From contig DJHJ01000014.1 of NCBI GenBank assembly GCA_002433055.1, positions 191,414-255,413 on the forward strand: a stretch of DNA of 64,000 nucleotides. Reading direction: 5' to 3'. Below, in pieces: positions 18,377-28,510 of this stretch (within the stretch, counting starts at the first letter, position 1; every line of letters begins with the position of its first letter). The translations under genes were made by a program, and so were the position numbers. The DNA is from Acidobacteriia bacterium UBA6623. Lineage in GTDB: Bacteria; Acidobacteriota; Terriglobia; Bryobacterales; UBA6623. The notes beneath the pieces were generated by a model. It searched no databases. It was not told where the DNA came from and saw only the letters and a list, made by a program, of their open reading frames with translations.

Positions 18377-20236
18377 ATGTGCGGAATTGTTGGCTACATC
18401 GGTCCTAACGAGGCAGCTCCAATATTGGTCGACAGCCTACGTCGCCTCGAATACAGAGGTTATGACTCTGCGGGGCTTGTAGTTAGTGACAACGGCAACG
18501 AGTTTCAACTGAGGCGCGCTGCCGGAAAATTGCGCAATTTGGAGAAAACGCTGCGAACTAGCCCAGTTGGTGGCAACTATGGGATAGGGCACACTCGCTG
18601 GGCCACGCACGGACGACCGACTGAGGAGAACGCGCACCCTCATCGTGATTCCACCGGTGATATTGTTGTTGTGCACAATGGCATCGTAGAAAACTATCTA
18701 ACACTGAAAGCTGAACTTGAAAAAACTGGATGCAAGTTTGCAACTGAGACTGACACAGAAGTCATTGCTCAGCTTGTTGCTGAACTTAGTGCAGATGGGA
18801 CACCACTCGAGGAAGCTCTACGGTTATCCGTACAAAAGTTGCAAGGTGTATTTGCATTGGCTTTGATCTCGAGTCGAGATCCAAATAAGATTGTCGTTGC
18901 TCGTAGTGGTCCTCCCGCGGTGGTAGGTATTGGGCAAGACGAGTACTTCGTTGCTTCCGATGTCCCAGCGATTCTTCATCACACACGTGACATGTTTTTT
19001 CTTTCTGACGGCGATATCGCAGTGTTGACGTCTCGTGGTGTGCGTGTAACAGACTTTAAAGGCCGCTCCTTGAACCCTTCTGTACAGCATGTGTTGTGGG
19101 ATCCGGTGATGACGGAAAAAGGTGGCTATCGACACTTCATGCTGAAAGAGATCTTCGAACAGCCAAGTTCAGTTAGAGATACGCTACTCGGACGAGTTGC
19201 TCGGTCATCGGGGGAAGTTTTTCTCGATGAGATGGAAATCACCCAAAAGGAATTCGCTGCAATTGAGCATGTGAGAATGGTAGCGTGCGGAACCTCCTGG
19301 CACGCTGCTTTAGCGGCAAAGTTCATCATCGAAAGGTTGGCTGGCATTCCTGTTGAGGTTGACTACGGAAGTGAATTCCGGTACCGTGACCCAATCCTGG
19401 GAGGGGAAACCCTCACCGTCCTGATTAGTCAGTCAGGAGAGACTGCTGATACTTTAGCAGCACAACGCGAAGCGATTGGTAAAGGTTCCAAGACGTTGGC
19501 GATCTGCAATGTCCTAGGTTCAATGTTGACACGAGAGGCAGCAGGAACGATTTACACTCATGCTGGACCTGAAATCGGAGTAGCTTCGACCAAAGCGTTT
19601 ACCTGTCAGTTGACAGCTCTATTCTTGTTGGCTCTTCACCTGAGTCGTGTCAAAGACCAGTGTGCAACACGGGAATTACAACGTATTATTGATGAGTTGC
19701 TCATTATTCCAAGTAAGCTCGAAGCGGTCCTGGCGAACCATGAGCAGTATGAGGCTCTTGCGCGATCTCTTTTTCGTGCTCAAGGCTTTTTGTTTCTCGG
19801 GCGCGGAGTTCATTATCCGATTGCTCTAGAAGGTGCTTTAAAGCTCAAAGAGATATCGTATATTCACGCCGAGGGATATCCGGCGGGTGAGATGAAGCAC
19901 GGCCCCAATGCTCTCCTAGACGAACACCTACCTGTCGTGGCAATTGCTACTCAAGACCCCAACGATGAAAGTAGTCGGATTCGCTATGAAAAAACAGTGG
20001 CAAATATTAAAGAAGTACAAGCACGCCAAGCGCGTGTAATTGCGTTGGCAACTCAAAACAATCATAAACTCAACGACTTCGTCGAAGATGTGATTGAGAT
20101 TCCACCCGCTCCTGAGTTGCTGTCACCTATTCTCGAAATTGTTCCCTTGCAGCTTCTCGCCTATCACATCGGTGTGTTACGTGGTTGTGATGTTGACCAA
20201 CCTCGCAATTTGGCCAAAAGTGTCACTGTCGAATGA
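18377..20236 (+). CDS. glmS: Glutamine--fructose-6-phosphate aminotransferase (isomerising)
   Basis: N-terminal MCGIVGYIG with Cys nucleophile, two SIS domains and the C-terminal NLAKSVTVE. Confidence 0.97.
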   Translation: MCGIVGYIGPNEAAPILVDSLRRLEYRGYDSAGLVVSDNGNEFQLRRAAGKLRNLEKTLRTSPVGGNYGIGHTRWATHGRPTEENAHPHRDSTGDIVVVHNGIVENYLTLKAELEKTGCKFATETDTEVIAQLVAELSADGTPLEEALRLSVQKLQGVFALALISSRDPNKIVVARSGPPAVVGIGQDEYFVASDVPAILHHTRDMFFLSDGDIAVLTSRGVRVTDFKGRSLNPSVQHVLWDPVMTEKGGYRHFMLKEIFEQPSSVRDTLLGRVARSSGEVFLDEMEITQKEFAAIEHVRMVACGTSWHAALAAKFIIERLAGIPVEVDYGSEFRYRDPILGGETLTVLISQSGETADTLAAQREAIGKGSKTLAICNVLGSMLTREAAGTIYTHAGPEIGVASTKAFTCQLTALFLLALHLSRVKDQCATRELQRIIDELLIIPSKLEAVLANHEQYEALARSLFRAQGFLFLGRGVHYPIALEGALKLKEISYIHAEGYPAGEMKHGPNALLDEHLPVVAIATQDPNDESSRIRYEKTVANIKEVQARQARVIALATQNNHKLNDFVEDVIEIPPAPELLSPILEIVPLQLLAYHIGVLRGCDVDQPRNLAKSVTVE

Positions 20237-20258
20237 CTCAACTAGAGGAGTAACAGAA

Positions 20259-20396
20259 ATGGACCTAATCGAGTGGCATAAGAGGCGTGTCGATTGGTGG
20301 CAAAGGAAACTACGAATCAGTGATTATGGAATGCTCTGGTTGTCCTTCCTAAAAGGAGTAATCCTCACTGTGATCGTTATGAAGGTATTCTTCTAA
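20259..20396 (+). CDS. Hypothetical small membrane protein (45 aa)
   Basis: ATG at 20259 is preceded by AGGAG at 20246-20250. Translation: MDLIEWHKRRVDWWQRKLRISDYGMLWLSFLKGVILTVIVMKVFF. It has a basic/Trp-rich head and one TM. No homology recognised. Confidence 0.35.
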   Translation: MDLIEWHKRRVDWWQRKLRISDYGMLWLSFLKGVILTVIVMKVFF

Positions 20397-20505
20397 TTTA
20401 ATCAGTAGTGGTGAAACACTCTCCACCGAGGGTCATTTAGGGCCCAACTTCCTCCGTTGGAACAGATTTCATCACTATGGCTTAGTCTGCTGGTACGGGT
20501 TTTAT

Positions 20506-21369
20506 TTACGAAAATTCTTTATTCGCCCTTATCCAGTTTAGGGTGATTTCCAATACTTCTTCCTCTCGTCCTTTGAAATAGTGAGCATCTGCGTCTAGGT
20601 TTCCATTCCTGGTATCATTCAGGAGAAAATATACCAAATCAGAGTTTGCAGCTTCCAATTTTTCTTGAGATGGTGGCAAGGTAGCAGGATAAGGGTCGGC
20701 AGGATCGCGAACCCCAAGAATTTTTCTGTGGGAAATGTTTTTGAGAATATCAATTGGAACTGCCTTACTTTCCGGGCCGCGTTTGTCTAGAAAAATTGAG
20801 TAAGTTTGAAGCAAAGGTATACCACCTTCCACCATGGGTGGTATTAGAAACACATCAGAACCTTGCCCCGATGCTACTTTCTCCTTGGCCTCTTTGACAA
20901 TTTGTTGATATTTTTCTATTCCGCCACAAATCTTTATTGAGCCTGAACGAAGATCGCCAAGTGGTGCGTAGAGAAGCATTGCAGCTACCCTTAAATCATT
21001 TGTTTCCGCAACATAGAAGGGGACGGTCACCGTTCCATAGCTATGACCTCCTAAAATAATTTTCTCTGCACCCTGTGATACTAGAAAATCGATTCCCAAT
21101 CCGTGATCACCTGCTGAAGCAGCCAAGCTGTGAAAGCCAGATTGGGAACCGTGATCACGTCTGTTTAGAGAAAGAGTCATGTAGCCGGCATCAGCTAATC
21201 TTGGCCCCAAAAATAGAAATAATGAATCAAAAAATTCTCCTCCGGTTCCTGGAAAAAGTGCAATCGCCGTTTTGGAAGTACATTCATCGGGTTTCCAGAG
21301 AACGCCATTCAAACACATTTCTTGTTCTGCATCGATGCAAATAAGTTCAGTAGAAATTCTTTTTGACAT
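20506..21369 (-). CDS. Alpha/beta-fold hydrolase
   Basis: 287 aa with the nucleophile elbow GGHSYG and a general alpha/beta-hydrolase layout. Substrate unknown. Confidence 0.65.
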   Translation of the reverse strand: MSKRISTELICIDAEQEMCLNGVLWKPDECTSKTAIALFPGTGGEFFDSLFLFLGPRLADAGYMTLSLNRRDHGSQSGFHSLAASAGDHGLGIDFLVSQGAEKIILGGHSYGTVTVPFYVAETNDLRVAAMLLYAPLGDLRSGSIKICGGIEKYQQIVKEAKEKVASGQGSDVFLIPPMVEGGIPLLQTYSIFLDKRGPESKAVPIDILKNISHRKILGVRDPADPYPATLPPSQEKLEAANSDLVYFLLNDTRNGNLDADAHYFKGREEEVLEITLNWIRANKEFS

Positions 21370-21448
21370 ATCTAGTACTGTTGCTGATCTATGGAAATTG
21401 CTGCTTTAGTGCAACAAATCTTTTTCCGAAATTCAATAGTTAGTCTGG

Positions 21449-22114
21449 CTAAATCAGTCCGTTGTCGTATATATGCCAACAGAGCATACAGCCTACCGAC
21501 CTATACGGCTTCCATTTTTCAGTTAGTGTGTGAATTTGTGTTGGCACATCATTGATCTCGACATCATACAGCCTGGAAAGAACTTTGTTGATCGTTGCGT
21601 CTCCCTCCACAAGGACATCAGGATGTCCTACATAAAAAAGAGCAATAATTGAGGCGCTCCATGGTCCAACACCTTTAAGTGTTAGAAGCTCCCTGTAACA
21701 TTCTTCTACTTCTCTTTCTTCCAATCTGAAAAAATACTTTGGATCAGATTGGATAACGGTTGCTATAGATCTCAGGTGTTTAATCTTCTGGTTAGATATC
21801 CCACATTTCTGTAAATCTACGGCCGCAGTTTCCAAAAACTGGGTGGGTGTGATTGGGCTATTCAACAGAGCATAGACGCGACGTCGAATAGTATTTGATG
21901 CTTTGTCTGATAGTTGTTGGTTTACAACTACGTTTATGAATGTTTCAAAGCAGAACTTTTTTTTCCGATATCTTATAGCTATGCCGTTAGTAACATAAGT
22001 TTTTAGCCTCTTATCGTGTTTAGCCAGATACTTGATTGCATCGTTTATCGTATTGAGGTGTAGCCTAGGCATACTGGAAGAAGTGGTAATTGATGTCACA
22101 CATCGTACCACCAC
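21449..22114 (-). CDS. DNA-3-methyladenine glycosylase II-like (HhH-GPD family)
   Basis: Helix-hairpin-helix block LLTLKGVGPWSASIIALF followed by the GD region VLVEGDATINKV. The start may be the internal Met at 22072. Confidence 0.72.
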   Translation of the reverse strand: MVVRCVTSITTSSSMPRLHLNTINDAIKYLAKHDKRLKTYVTNGIAIRYRKKKFCFETFINVVVNQQLSDKASNTIRRRVYALLNSPITPTQFLETAAVDLQKCGISNQKIKHLRSIATVIQSDPKYFFRLEEREVEECYRELLTLKGVGPWSASIIALFYVGHPDVLVEGDATINKVLSRLYDVEINDVPTQIHTLTEKWKPYRSVGCMLCWHIYDNGLI

Positions 22115-22184
22115 ATCGATGATCAGATATTTTAACTAGCCCTGATCAGAGATGGTTTTTTATCTTGTCAAAATGTAAAAAGCC

Positions 22185-23411
22185 GTGCAGATATCAAAAC
22201 AGAGTAGTCTTTCCGTCAATATTACGATTACTTTTGTCGGTTTGTTGATCCTGCAACCGGTTATCGGATCGCAGCGAAAATCAACATTGCGAGATGACGA
22301 AAAAGCTCGATCGTTACTTGTAAAGGTTGCAAACACCTATGCTGACCTTAGGCAATTCTATTTTGAAACGCTTGAGACGACAGAGACACTTTCGAAGGGG
22401 TTTACGCGTAGCAGTCAGGTTCGCTATGTTACTGCAGCTGATGCAGAAGACCGTGCCCGATTTTCTGAATCTAGTACCGTTAATAGTGGTCTAGCAGTTT
22501 TCGATGGCGCAATACATTGGAACCTTGCTCCACTCCTCAGGCAGTATACCCGTCGCAATGCAGCCTCTTCTGTTTTCACTGATGATGGACACAGTGATGC
22601 ACGAGTTGTCGATGCTCGAAAAGCGGCTCTCCGGTATAAAAAACGCTACGCTGCAGTAGCCACTAGACTACTGAGTGCTCGATTTATTAATGGCGAAAAC
22701 TCCAAACGGCAAGTTGGTGTCGAAGCCAGCTATAGCATGCCTGCCGGAATGCCTGAGGGTAAGATTTTTCGTAAATATTGGATTGATACTAAGCTCAAGC
22801 TCGTAACACGTGAACTTTCAATTGCTTCTATTGCCAACCCTAATACGGAACATCCTACTCGAGTTGAACAAGTTATTGCTTTCTCTTCAACAGCAATTGG
22901 TAATGATATCCCCGCCGAGATATTTGTTTTTACTCCCTCTTCTGGAACAGAATTGGTTGAACAATTTGGAGTTACATCAAATTCTGTTTCTAGACTCGCA
23001 AACCGACGTGCCCCTCAGTTTGAATTACAGGGTTTTGACGGGACTACCTATCGCTTACAAGAACTGATTGGCAAGGTAGTTTTACTGGACTTTTGGGCTA
23101 CATGGTGCAAGCCGTGTCGTATCGATTTACCTCACATCGAAGCTCTCTACCAGGAGTTTTCCAGCCAAGGTTTAGTTGTGTTGGGAGTGAACACCGAACC
23201 GAGAGATCGGTCGCAGGCCTTTTTTGAGCATCAGGGGTACTCTTTCCCCAGCCTGGTGGATCTAGATGCCTCGGTGTCACGGCTGTATTTAGTTCGGTCG
23301 ATTCCTACTCTAGTCGTTATCGACCGGGAAGGGAAGATTTCCTCCTATCTCGTCGGACTCTACCCGGAAGAACGTCTACGATCTGAGTTGAGCAAGGTGG
23401 GGATCCGTTAG
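22185..23411 (+). CDS. TlpA/ResA-like thiol:disulfide oxidoreductase with N-terminal LolA-like/unknown domain
   Basis: Signal/TM N-terminus and a C-terminal thioredoxin fold with active site WATWCKPC. GKVVLLDFWATWC and IPTLVVIDREGKI are typical of the redoxin/AhpC-TSA family. Confidence 0.75.
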   Translation: MQISKQSSLSVNITITFVGLLILQPVIGSQRKSTLRDDEKARSLLVKVANTYADLRQFYFETLETTETLSKGFTRSSQVRYVTAADAEDRARFSESSTVNSGLAVFDGAIHWNLAPLLRQYTRRNAASSVFTDDGHSDARVVDARKAALRYKKRYAAVATRLLSARFINGENSKRQVGVEASYSMPAGMPEGKIFRKYWIDTKLKLVTRELSIASIANPNTEHPTRVEQVIAFSSTAIGNDIPAEIFVFTPSSGTELVEQFGVTSNSVSRLANRRAPQFELQGFDGTTYRLQELIGKVVLLDFWATWCKPCRIDLPHIEALYQEFSSQGLVVLGVNTEPRDRSQAFFEHQGYSFPSLVDLDASVSRLYLVRSIPTLVVIDREGKISSYLVGLYPEERLRSELSKVGIR

Positions 23412-23428
23412 GAATCAACTATTCCTAT

Positions 23429-24319
23429 CTATCCCTTTACTTCTACGCCAGCCCAGTCTTCGAGTAGTTTGACAGCTGAGCAAAAATCCTCGTCCCCCTG
23501 TCCGCGTGCAATACTGGCACCGAAAAGTTGATGAACTAGCGATGTGGATGGTAGAGGAACATGCAATTCGTGACCCGAATCGAGCATCAGTCCAATATCT
23601 TTGTGCATCCACTTGAGCGGGAAGGCAGCTTCAAAGTCTCTCTTAAAGATGTAGGGAGCTTTAAAGCTAATCAATCCTGCTTTCGCGGCACTTTTATCGA
23701 GAACCTCGAACATCAGCTTGGGATCAACTCCAGCTTTCTTAGCAAGTACCATGCCCTCAATAAAACCTTGCATCATATTACATAGAACTAAGTTCTGAGA
23801 AAGTTTTGCATGTAGTCCCATCCCTTGTCTGCCGCAATAGAACAGGGTTTTGCCCATGGGTAGAAAATTTTCACGTACACTCTGAAATACTTTCTTGCGA
23901 CCTCCGATCATGAAAGTTAAGGTGCCGCCTTCCGCGCCTGGAGTTGAGCCCGTACAGGGAGCATCCAGAAAGAATGCACCTTTCGTTTCAAATTTTTTTG
24001 CGATGCGACGTGCTACTGATGGAGCGATCGTACTACAATCAGCGATCACCTTTCCTTTTCGAACTCCTTTGAAGACTCCATCTACACCAAGGAGCACCTC
24101 TTCGGACATCTCCGAATTACCTACGCACAGGAAAATGCAGTCTGCAAATTTTCCTACTTCTTTTGGCGTTTTACAAAAAACACCCTTGTGGCTCTTTGCC
24201 AGACGGCGAGCCTTTGCAGCAGTATGACTCCACAAGGCTACCTCATGTCCCGCATCTAGTAAATTGCGTGCCATCGGGTAACCCATCAAACCGAGTCCAA
24301 GAAATCCAAGTTTAGCCAT
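23429..24319 (-). CDS. 3-hydroxyisobutyrate-dehydrogenase-family reductase (tartronate semialdehyde reductase / GarR-like)
   Basis: N-terminal MAKLGFLGLGLMGYPMARNL Rossmann motif, DAPCTGSTPGAEGGTLTFMIGG block, 296 aa. Confidence 0.8.
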   Translation of the reverse strand: MAKLGFLGLGLMGYPMARNLLDAGHEVALWSHTAAKARRLAKSHKGVFCKTPKEVGKFADCIFLCVGNSEMSEEVLLGVDGVFKGVRKGKVIADCSTIAPSVARRIAKKFETKGAFFLDAPCTGSTPGAEGGTLTFMIGGRKKVFQSVRENFLPMGKTLFYCGRQGMGLHAKLSQNLVLCNMMQGFIEGMVLAKKAGVDPKLMFEVLDKSAAKAGLISFKAPYIFKRDFEAAFPLKWMHKDIGLMLDSGHELHVPLPSTSLVHQLFGASIARGQGDEDFCSAVKLLEDWAGVEVKG

Positions 24320-24390
24320 ATAAGTTCCTTCTCCCTTAAGTTTTTCAATTGTACGATCTTATAACCCTATGAGACAATGTCGAACGAATC

Positions 24391-25374
24391 ATGGGTAGCA
24401 GGATTCTAGTTTCAAAACGTATTTATCCCGAAGCTGTGGAGTATCTTTGCGAACGGGCTGATGTCGAATATCATGATTCGGACAAGAGCTATCCAGCAGA
24501 GGAATTACTCAGACATCTTTCTGATAAAGAGGGTGTCATTAGTCAATTGACGGATCGATTTTCCGAAGAAGTGGTGGCGGCTTTACCTTCTTTGAAGGTT
24601 ATCGCCAATGTGGCTGTCGGCTTTGACAATATAGATGTGGAAGCGGCGACAAGACATGGTATTGCAGTAACTAATACGCCGGATGTATTGACGCAGACTA
24701 CTGCAGATTTGGCCTTTGCTTTGCTTTTTGCAGCAGCACGGCGAGTGAGTGAATCCGAGCGTTTCTTGCGTGCTGGTCACTGGCAAGGTTGGGGCATCGA
24801 TCAGTTTTGTGGGTCAGACATCCATCACAGCACTCTGGGTATTCTCGGGATGGGTCGAATTGGCCAAGCCCTGGCTCGTCGTGCAAACGGTTTTGATATG
24901 AGAGTGGTGTATCACGATGCTGTTCGCGCACCTGAAGACATTGAACAAGAATTACGACTCACTTTTGTACCTTTTGAAACTCTCCTCTCCGAAGCTGATT
25001 TTGTTAGCCTTCACGTCCCACTTGTGCCTACGACCCGGCACTTGATGAGTACTCCACAATTCGCGCTAATGAAAAAAACGGCTGTCTTAGTCAATACATC
25101 GCGAGGGCCAGTGATTGATGAAGTTGCATTAGCGGAAGCTCTTGCCTGTGAAGAAATTGCGGCAGCAGGTTTGGACGTTTTTGAAAATGAACCGGACATC
25201 CAACCAAAGTTGCTCGAATTAGAAAATGTTGTCTTGACACCTCATATTGCCAGTGCATCGCATACAACGCGCAGCAAGATGTGCATGATGGCAGCTGAGA
25301 ATGCTCTATCGGCTCTAGCGGGCAATCGCCCCCCAAATCTCATAAACCAAGATCTCTTTCCGGATCTTGGATGA
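24391..25374 (+). CDS. Glyoxylate/hydroxypyruvate reductase (D-isomer 2-hydroxyacid dehydrogenase)
   Basis: GILGMGRIGQALARRA NAD motif, VNTSRGPVIDEVAL, and TPHIASAS with the catalytic His. Confidence 0.85.
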   Translation: MGSRILVSKRIYPEAVEYLCERADVEYHDSDKSYPAEELLRHLSDKEGVISQLTDRFSEEVVAALPSLKVIANVAVGFDNIDVEAATRHGIAVTNTPDVLTQTTADLAFALLFAAARRVSESERFLRAGHWQGWGIDQFCGSDIHHSTLGILGMGRIGQALARRANGFDMRVVYHDAVRAPEDIEQELRLTFVPFETLLSEADFVSLHVPLVPTTRHLMSTPQFALMKKTAVLVNTSRGPVIDEVALAEALACEEIAAAGLDVFENEPDIQPKLLELENVVLTPHIASASHTTRSKMCMMAAENALSALAGNRPPNLINQDLFPDLG

Positions 25375-25383
25375 GTAAAACAG

Positions 25384-26691
25384 GTGAGAATTGTGAAAGA
25401 TGACCTGCGACAGATTTTTCTCCATGCGTTGGAAGACCTTTCGCTTGATAAAGTGATGCCGCGACGCATCAAATGCCAAGCCGATCTACTTATTGTTGGT
25501 GAGGTGCGTGTCGACCTTTCCGAATATCAAAAAATTACTTGCATTTCAATCGGCAAGGCCGCGGTGCAGATGGCAGAACAGTTTATCTGCATTGTCAAAC
25601 CACGTGAAGTTGCTGGGATAGTCGTTAGTCCTGATATACCAGAAAAAACAATACCCAACTTTCTCCACTACAACGGTGGACACCCTTATCCAAATGCAGA
25701 AAGTTTGCAGGCTGCATCGACAATTCTCGAATTTGTTAGTGATCTTAACCGTGAGGATTTAGTTGTCTATCTTTTGTCTGGTGGTGGTTCAGCAATTTGT
25801 GAAAAGCCAATTTCGACGGATATTTCACTTAAAGATCTCCAGGAGTTTTTTCACCTGCTGGTCACATGTGGTGCAAACATCGTCGAGATGAATATTTTGC
25901 GTAAGCATTTTTCTGCCATCAAGGGAGGACGTTTAGCCGAAAGAGCCAATCCCGCTGCTCAGGTGACATTTTATGTTTCGGATGTGCCACTCGACCAACC
26001 TTCGACGGTTGCGTCCGGTCCGACTATGCCTGATGAATCGACTGTTGAAGATTGTTATCAATTAAGCCAAAATCTCAAGTTGGCTGGACAGCTCCCATCA
26101 TCGATCCAGCAGATGTTTGACAAAAAGAAAATCCCTGAAACTCCGTCATTGGAGAGCGAAAACTTCAGTCGAAGTAGTTGGCATATGTTACTTGGCAATA
26201 AAGATGGTGTGGATGTGTTGCACGAACAAGTTACCTCTCGAGGATGGATTGTGGAGCAAGATCTTTCCGTTGACGATTGGCCTTATGAGATTGCTGTTCG
26301 CCATCTTCTGGAGCATTTGGAAAACATGCGTCGAAATAACCCAGGTGAGACTGTGGCGTTGCTGACAGGTGGTGAGTTAAGTGTCCCGGTCATCGGTGAT
26401 GGTATGGGTGGTCGAAATCAAGCATTTGTATTGTCCTGTGTTCATCACATAGCAGGACAGAATATTGCGATTCTTAGTGCCGGCACTGATGGCATAGATG
26501 GCAATTCGCCTGCTGCTGGTGCAGTGGCTGATGGTGAAACCCTTGCTAGGGCTAGTACTGCTGGTATGTCTGTCAGCGATTTCGAGCGTCGTTCAGACTC
26601 TTTTCACTTCTTTGAAAAACTGGATGATCTTTTAATTACTGGGCCAACTGGGAATAATATCCGCGATCTGAGAGTGATGGTGGCCTGGTAG
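25384..26691 (+). CDS. Glycerate 2-kinase (DUF4147 + MOFRL, TtuD-like)
   Basis: 435 aa with SIGKAA, LLSGGGSA, LTGGELSV, GGRNQAF and AGTDGIDG blocks typical of the MOFRL glycerate kinase family. Confidence 0.8.
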   Translation: MRIVKDDLRQIFLHALEDLSLDKVMPRRIKCQADLLIVGEVRVDLSEYQKITCISIGKAAVQMAEQFICIVKPREVAGIVVSPDIPEKTIPNFLHYNGGHPYPNAESLQAASTILEFVSDLNREDLVVYLLSGGGSAICEKPISTDISLKDLQEFFHLLVTCGANIVEMNILRKHFSAIKGGRLAERANPAAQVTFYVSDVPLDQPSTVASGPTMPDESTVEDCYQLSQNLKLAGQLPSSIQQMFDKKKIPETPSLESENFSRSSWHMLLGNKDGVDVLHEQVTSRGWIVEQDLSVDDWPYEIAVRHLLEHLENMRRNNPGETVALLTGGELSVPVIGDGMGGRNQAFVLSCVHHIAGQNIAILSAGTDGIDGNSPAAGAVADGETLARASTAGMSVSDFERRSDSFHFFEKLDDLLITGPTGNNIRDLRVMVAW

Positions 26692-26789
26692 CTGAGATGG
26701 ACGTGTATTTTCGGCGTAATGCCACCAGCACCTTTAATTTTGGCTTCTACTCTCACACCAGTAGATAACCGTACTATTACACTGAAGTA

Positions 26790-27692
26790 ATGATTTGCAA
26801 GTCATGGCGTTGTTCCTTACACGGTGGTCATAGCGGTACGTTCTGCGAACATGCAGAAGGAAGTCTCGAAGAAGTCCTTGAGGCTGCTGTGGTTAATGGT
26901 TACCACACTTTTGGTGTTAGCGAACATGTTCCACGAACTGAATCACGGTTTTTGTATTCGACGGAGCAAGAAAAAGGCTTCACTGTCCAACGCCTTGAGA
27001 AGGAATTTCGGAATTATACAAAAGTAATTGGAGAATTAGCTAATCAGTTTGCTGACCGTCTAATAGTACTGAGAGGGTTTGAAACTGAAGTGGTGCCCAC
27101 TAGTGATTACCGCGAGAGGATGATTGCCTATCGTCAATCGGGTGATTTCGACTACATGGTTGGATCAGTGCATCACGTAGAGGAAGTTTTGATTGATGGA
27201 CCAACTGAGGAGTTCCGACTCATATGCGATGGCTTAGGTGGTCTGGAAGCACTCTCGATTCGCTACTACGAAACGGTGGCTGAGATGATAGAGGTGCTCA
27301 GTCCTGAAGTTGTTGGACATCTTGACCTAGTCCGAAAAAATGCTGATCTTGACGTTAGTCTTGACACTCCTAGAATTCGCCGTGCGGCTGACAGAGCACT
27401 CGAAGCTACTCGTAGTTGTGGTGCCATTCTTGATCTAAATACGGCCGGCTATCGCAAGGGGTTAGGTACACCCTATCCTGCACCATGGTTGGTTAAAAGA
27501 GCGAACACTATGGATATCCCATTTTGCTTCGGAGATGACTCTCATGGGCCGTCTCAGGTTGCAGCAGGCATAGAAAATGGTCGTGTTTATTTACTGGAGA
27601 ATGGAGTGAAAGAAATCACTGTGCTAACTCGACCTGAGGGTTCCGATTCGAGTACCCCGGTCGAAAAGAGAGTGGTGTCCCTGTACGGATAA
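26790..27692 (+). CDS. PHP-domain phosphatase, HisJ/HIS2 histidinol-phosphatase family
   Basis: SLHGGHSGTFCEHAEG...HTFGVSEHVPR, GSVHH, VGHLDL and FGDDSHGP metal-ligand blocks of the PHP family. Confidence 0.72.
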   Translation: MICKSWRCSLHGGHSGTFCEHAEGSLEEVLEAAVVNGYHTFGVSEHVPRTESRFLYSTEQEKGFTVQRLEKEFRNYTKVIGELANQFADRLIVLRGFETEVVPTSDYRERMIAYRQSGDFDYMVGSVHHVEEVLIDGPTEEFRLICDGLGGLEALSIRYYETVAEMIEVLSPEVVGHLDLVRKNADLDVSLDTPRIRRAADRALEATRSCGAILDLNTAGYRKGLGTPYPAPWLVKRANTMDIPFCFGDDSHGPSQVAAGIENGRVYLLENGVKEITVLTRPEGSDSSTPVEKRVVSLYG

Positions 27693-27727
27693 GTTCTGAT
27701 GTCGCGGGCTCCTTGGAGAGCCCTCTC

Positions 27728-28510
27728 CTACAACTTTCGTATGGCTTCAGTGTGTGTTTTCAAAGCTGTTGAGTAAACTCCATAGTCCACGTTGTAGGAA
27801 ATAACGTTGAAACCTACACCTATCCAATCGCGAGCTTGTTCCAGTGTGCTCGGCTGAATACCTGCACTTTTGCCGTGACGCTTTGCTGCATCGGCGACTC
27901 TCTGTAGGGTGTCAACAAAAACCGGATTTTCGAGCTGTCCCACGATTCCCATTGATTGGCTTAAATCGTAGTGGCCCACCCACAAGTTATCGACACCTGG
28001 CAGGGAAGCTATGGCGTCTAATTCATTGAGAGCTTCTGTGCTTTCGATCTGACAGAGGAAGATGTTTGATTCATTGGCCGCAGACATGTATTCCATTGGT
28101 TCTGGCCGGACATAGTCATTTTGTGCTCCACCTAATCCGAGGCCGCGATTCCCGTCAGGCATAAAACGTAGGGCTGCAATAACTTGGCGAGCCTGTTCTG
28201 AAGACTTCACATTAGGGACCATCACACCTTGCGCACCTGCGTCCATCACTCTTGCGATGAAATGGTAGTCCGCGCATGGAACACGCACGATCGGAGTTAC
28301 TGGAGTGCTTTTGAACCATGCTAATAAGTCACAAATGTTGGTGAAGCCGAGACCGCTGTGCTCCATATCAAGTAGGGCGAAATCGACTCCTGACGCCTCG
28401 AGAGTTTTTGCTATTCCTCTGGTCCCAAATTCCATAATCATATGGCCCACTGGGATTTTCCCTTCAGCTAACCGCTGACGAATCAAATTAGATTTCATTG
28501 AGACTTCCAT
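27728..28510 (-). CDS. HpcH/HpaI-family 2-keto-3-deoxy-acid aldolase (GarL/HpaI-like)
   Basis: 260 aa with DMEHSG, VRVP, QIES and HYDLS motifs typical of class II pyruvate aldolases. Confidence 0.82.
   Translation of the reverse strand: MEVSMKSNLIRQRLAEGKIPVGHMIMEFGTRGIAKTLEASGVDFALLDMEHSGLGFTNICDLLAWFKSTPVTPIVRVPCADYHFIARVMDAGAQGVMVPNVKSSEQARQVIAALRFMPDGNRGLGLGGAQNDYVRPEPMEYMSAANESNIFLCQIESTEALNELDAIASLPGVDNLWVGHYDLSQSMGIVGQLENPVFVDTLQRVADAAKRHGKSAGIQPSTLEQARDWIGVGFNVISYNVDYGVYSTALKTHTEAIRKL

Noticed and set aside
27706-27723. GGGCTC-6nt-GAGCCC hairpin between the convergent PHP phosphatase and aldolase genes, considered as a bidirectional terminator.
   Set aside because: The stem is only 6 bp and there is no U-run on either strand.
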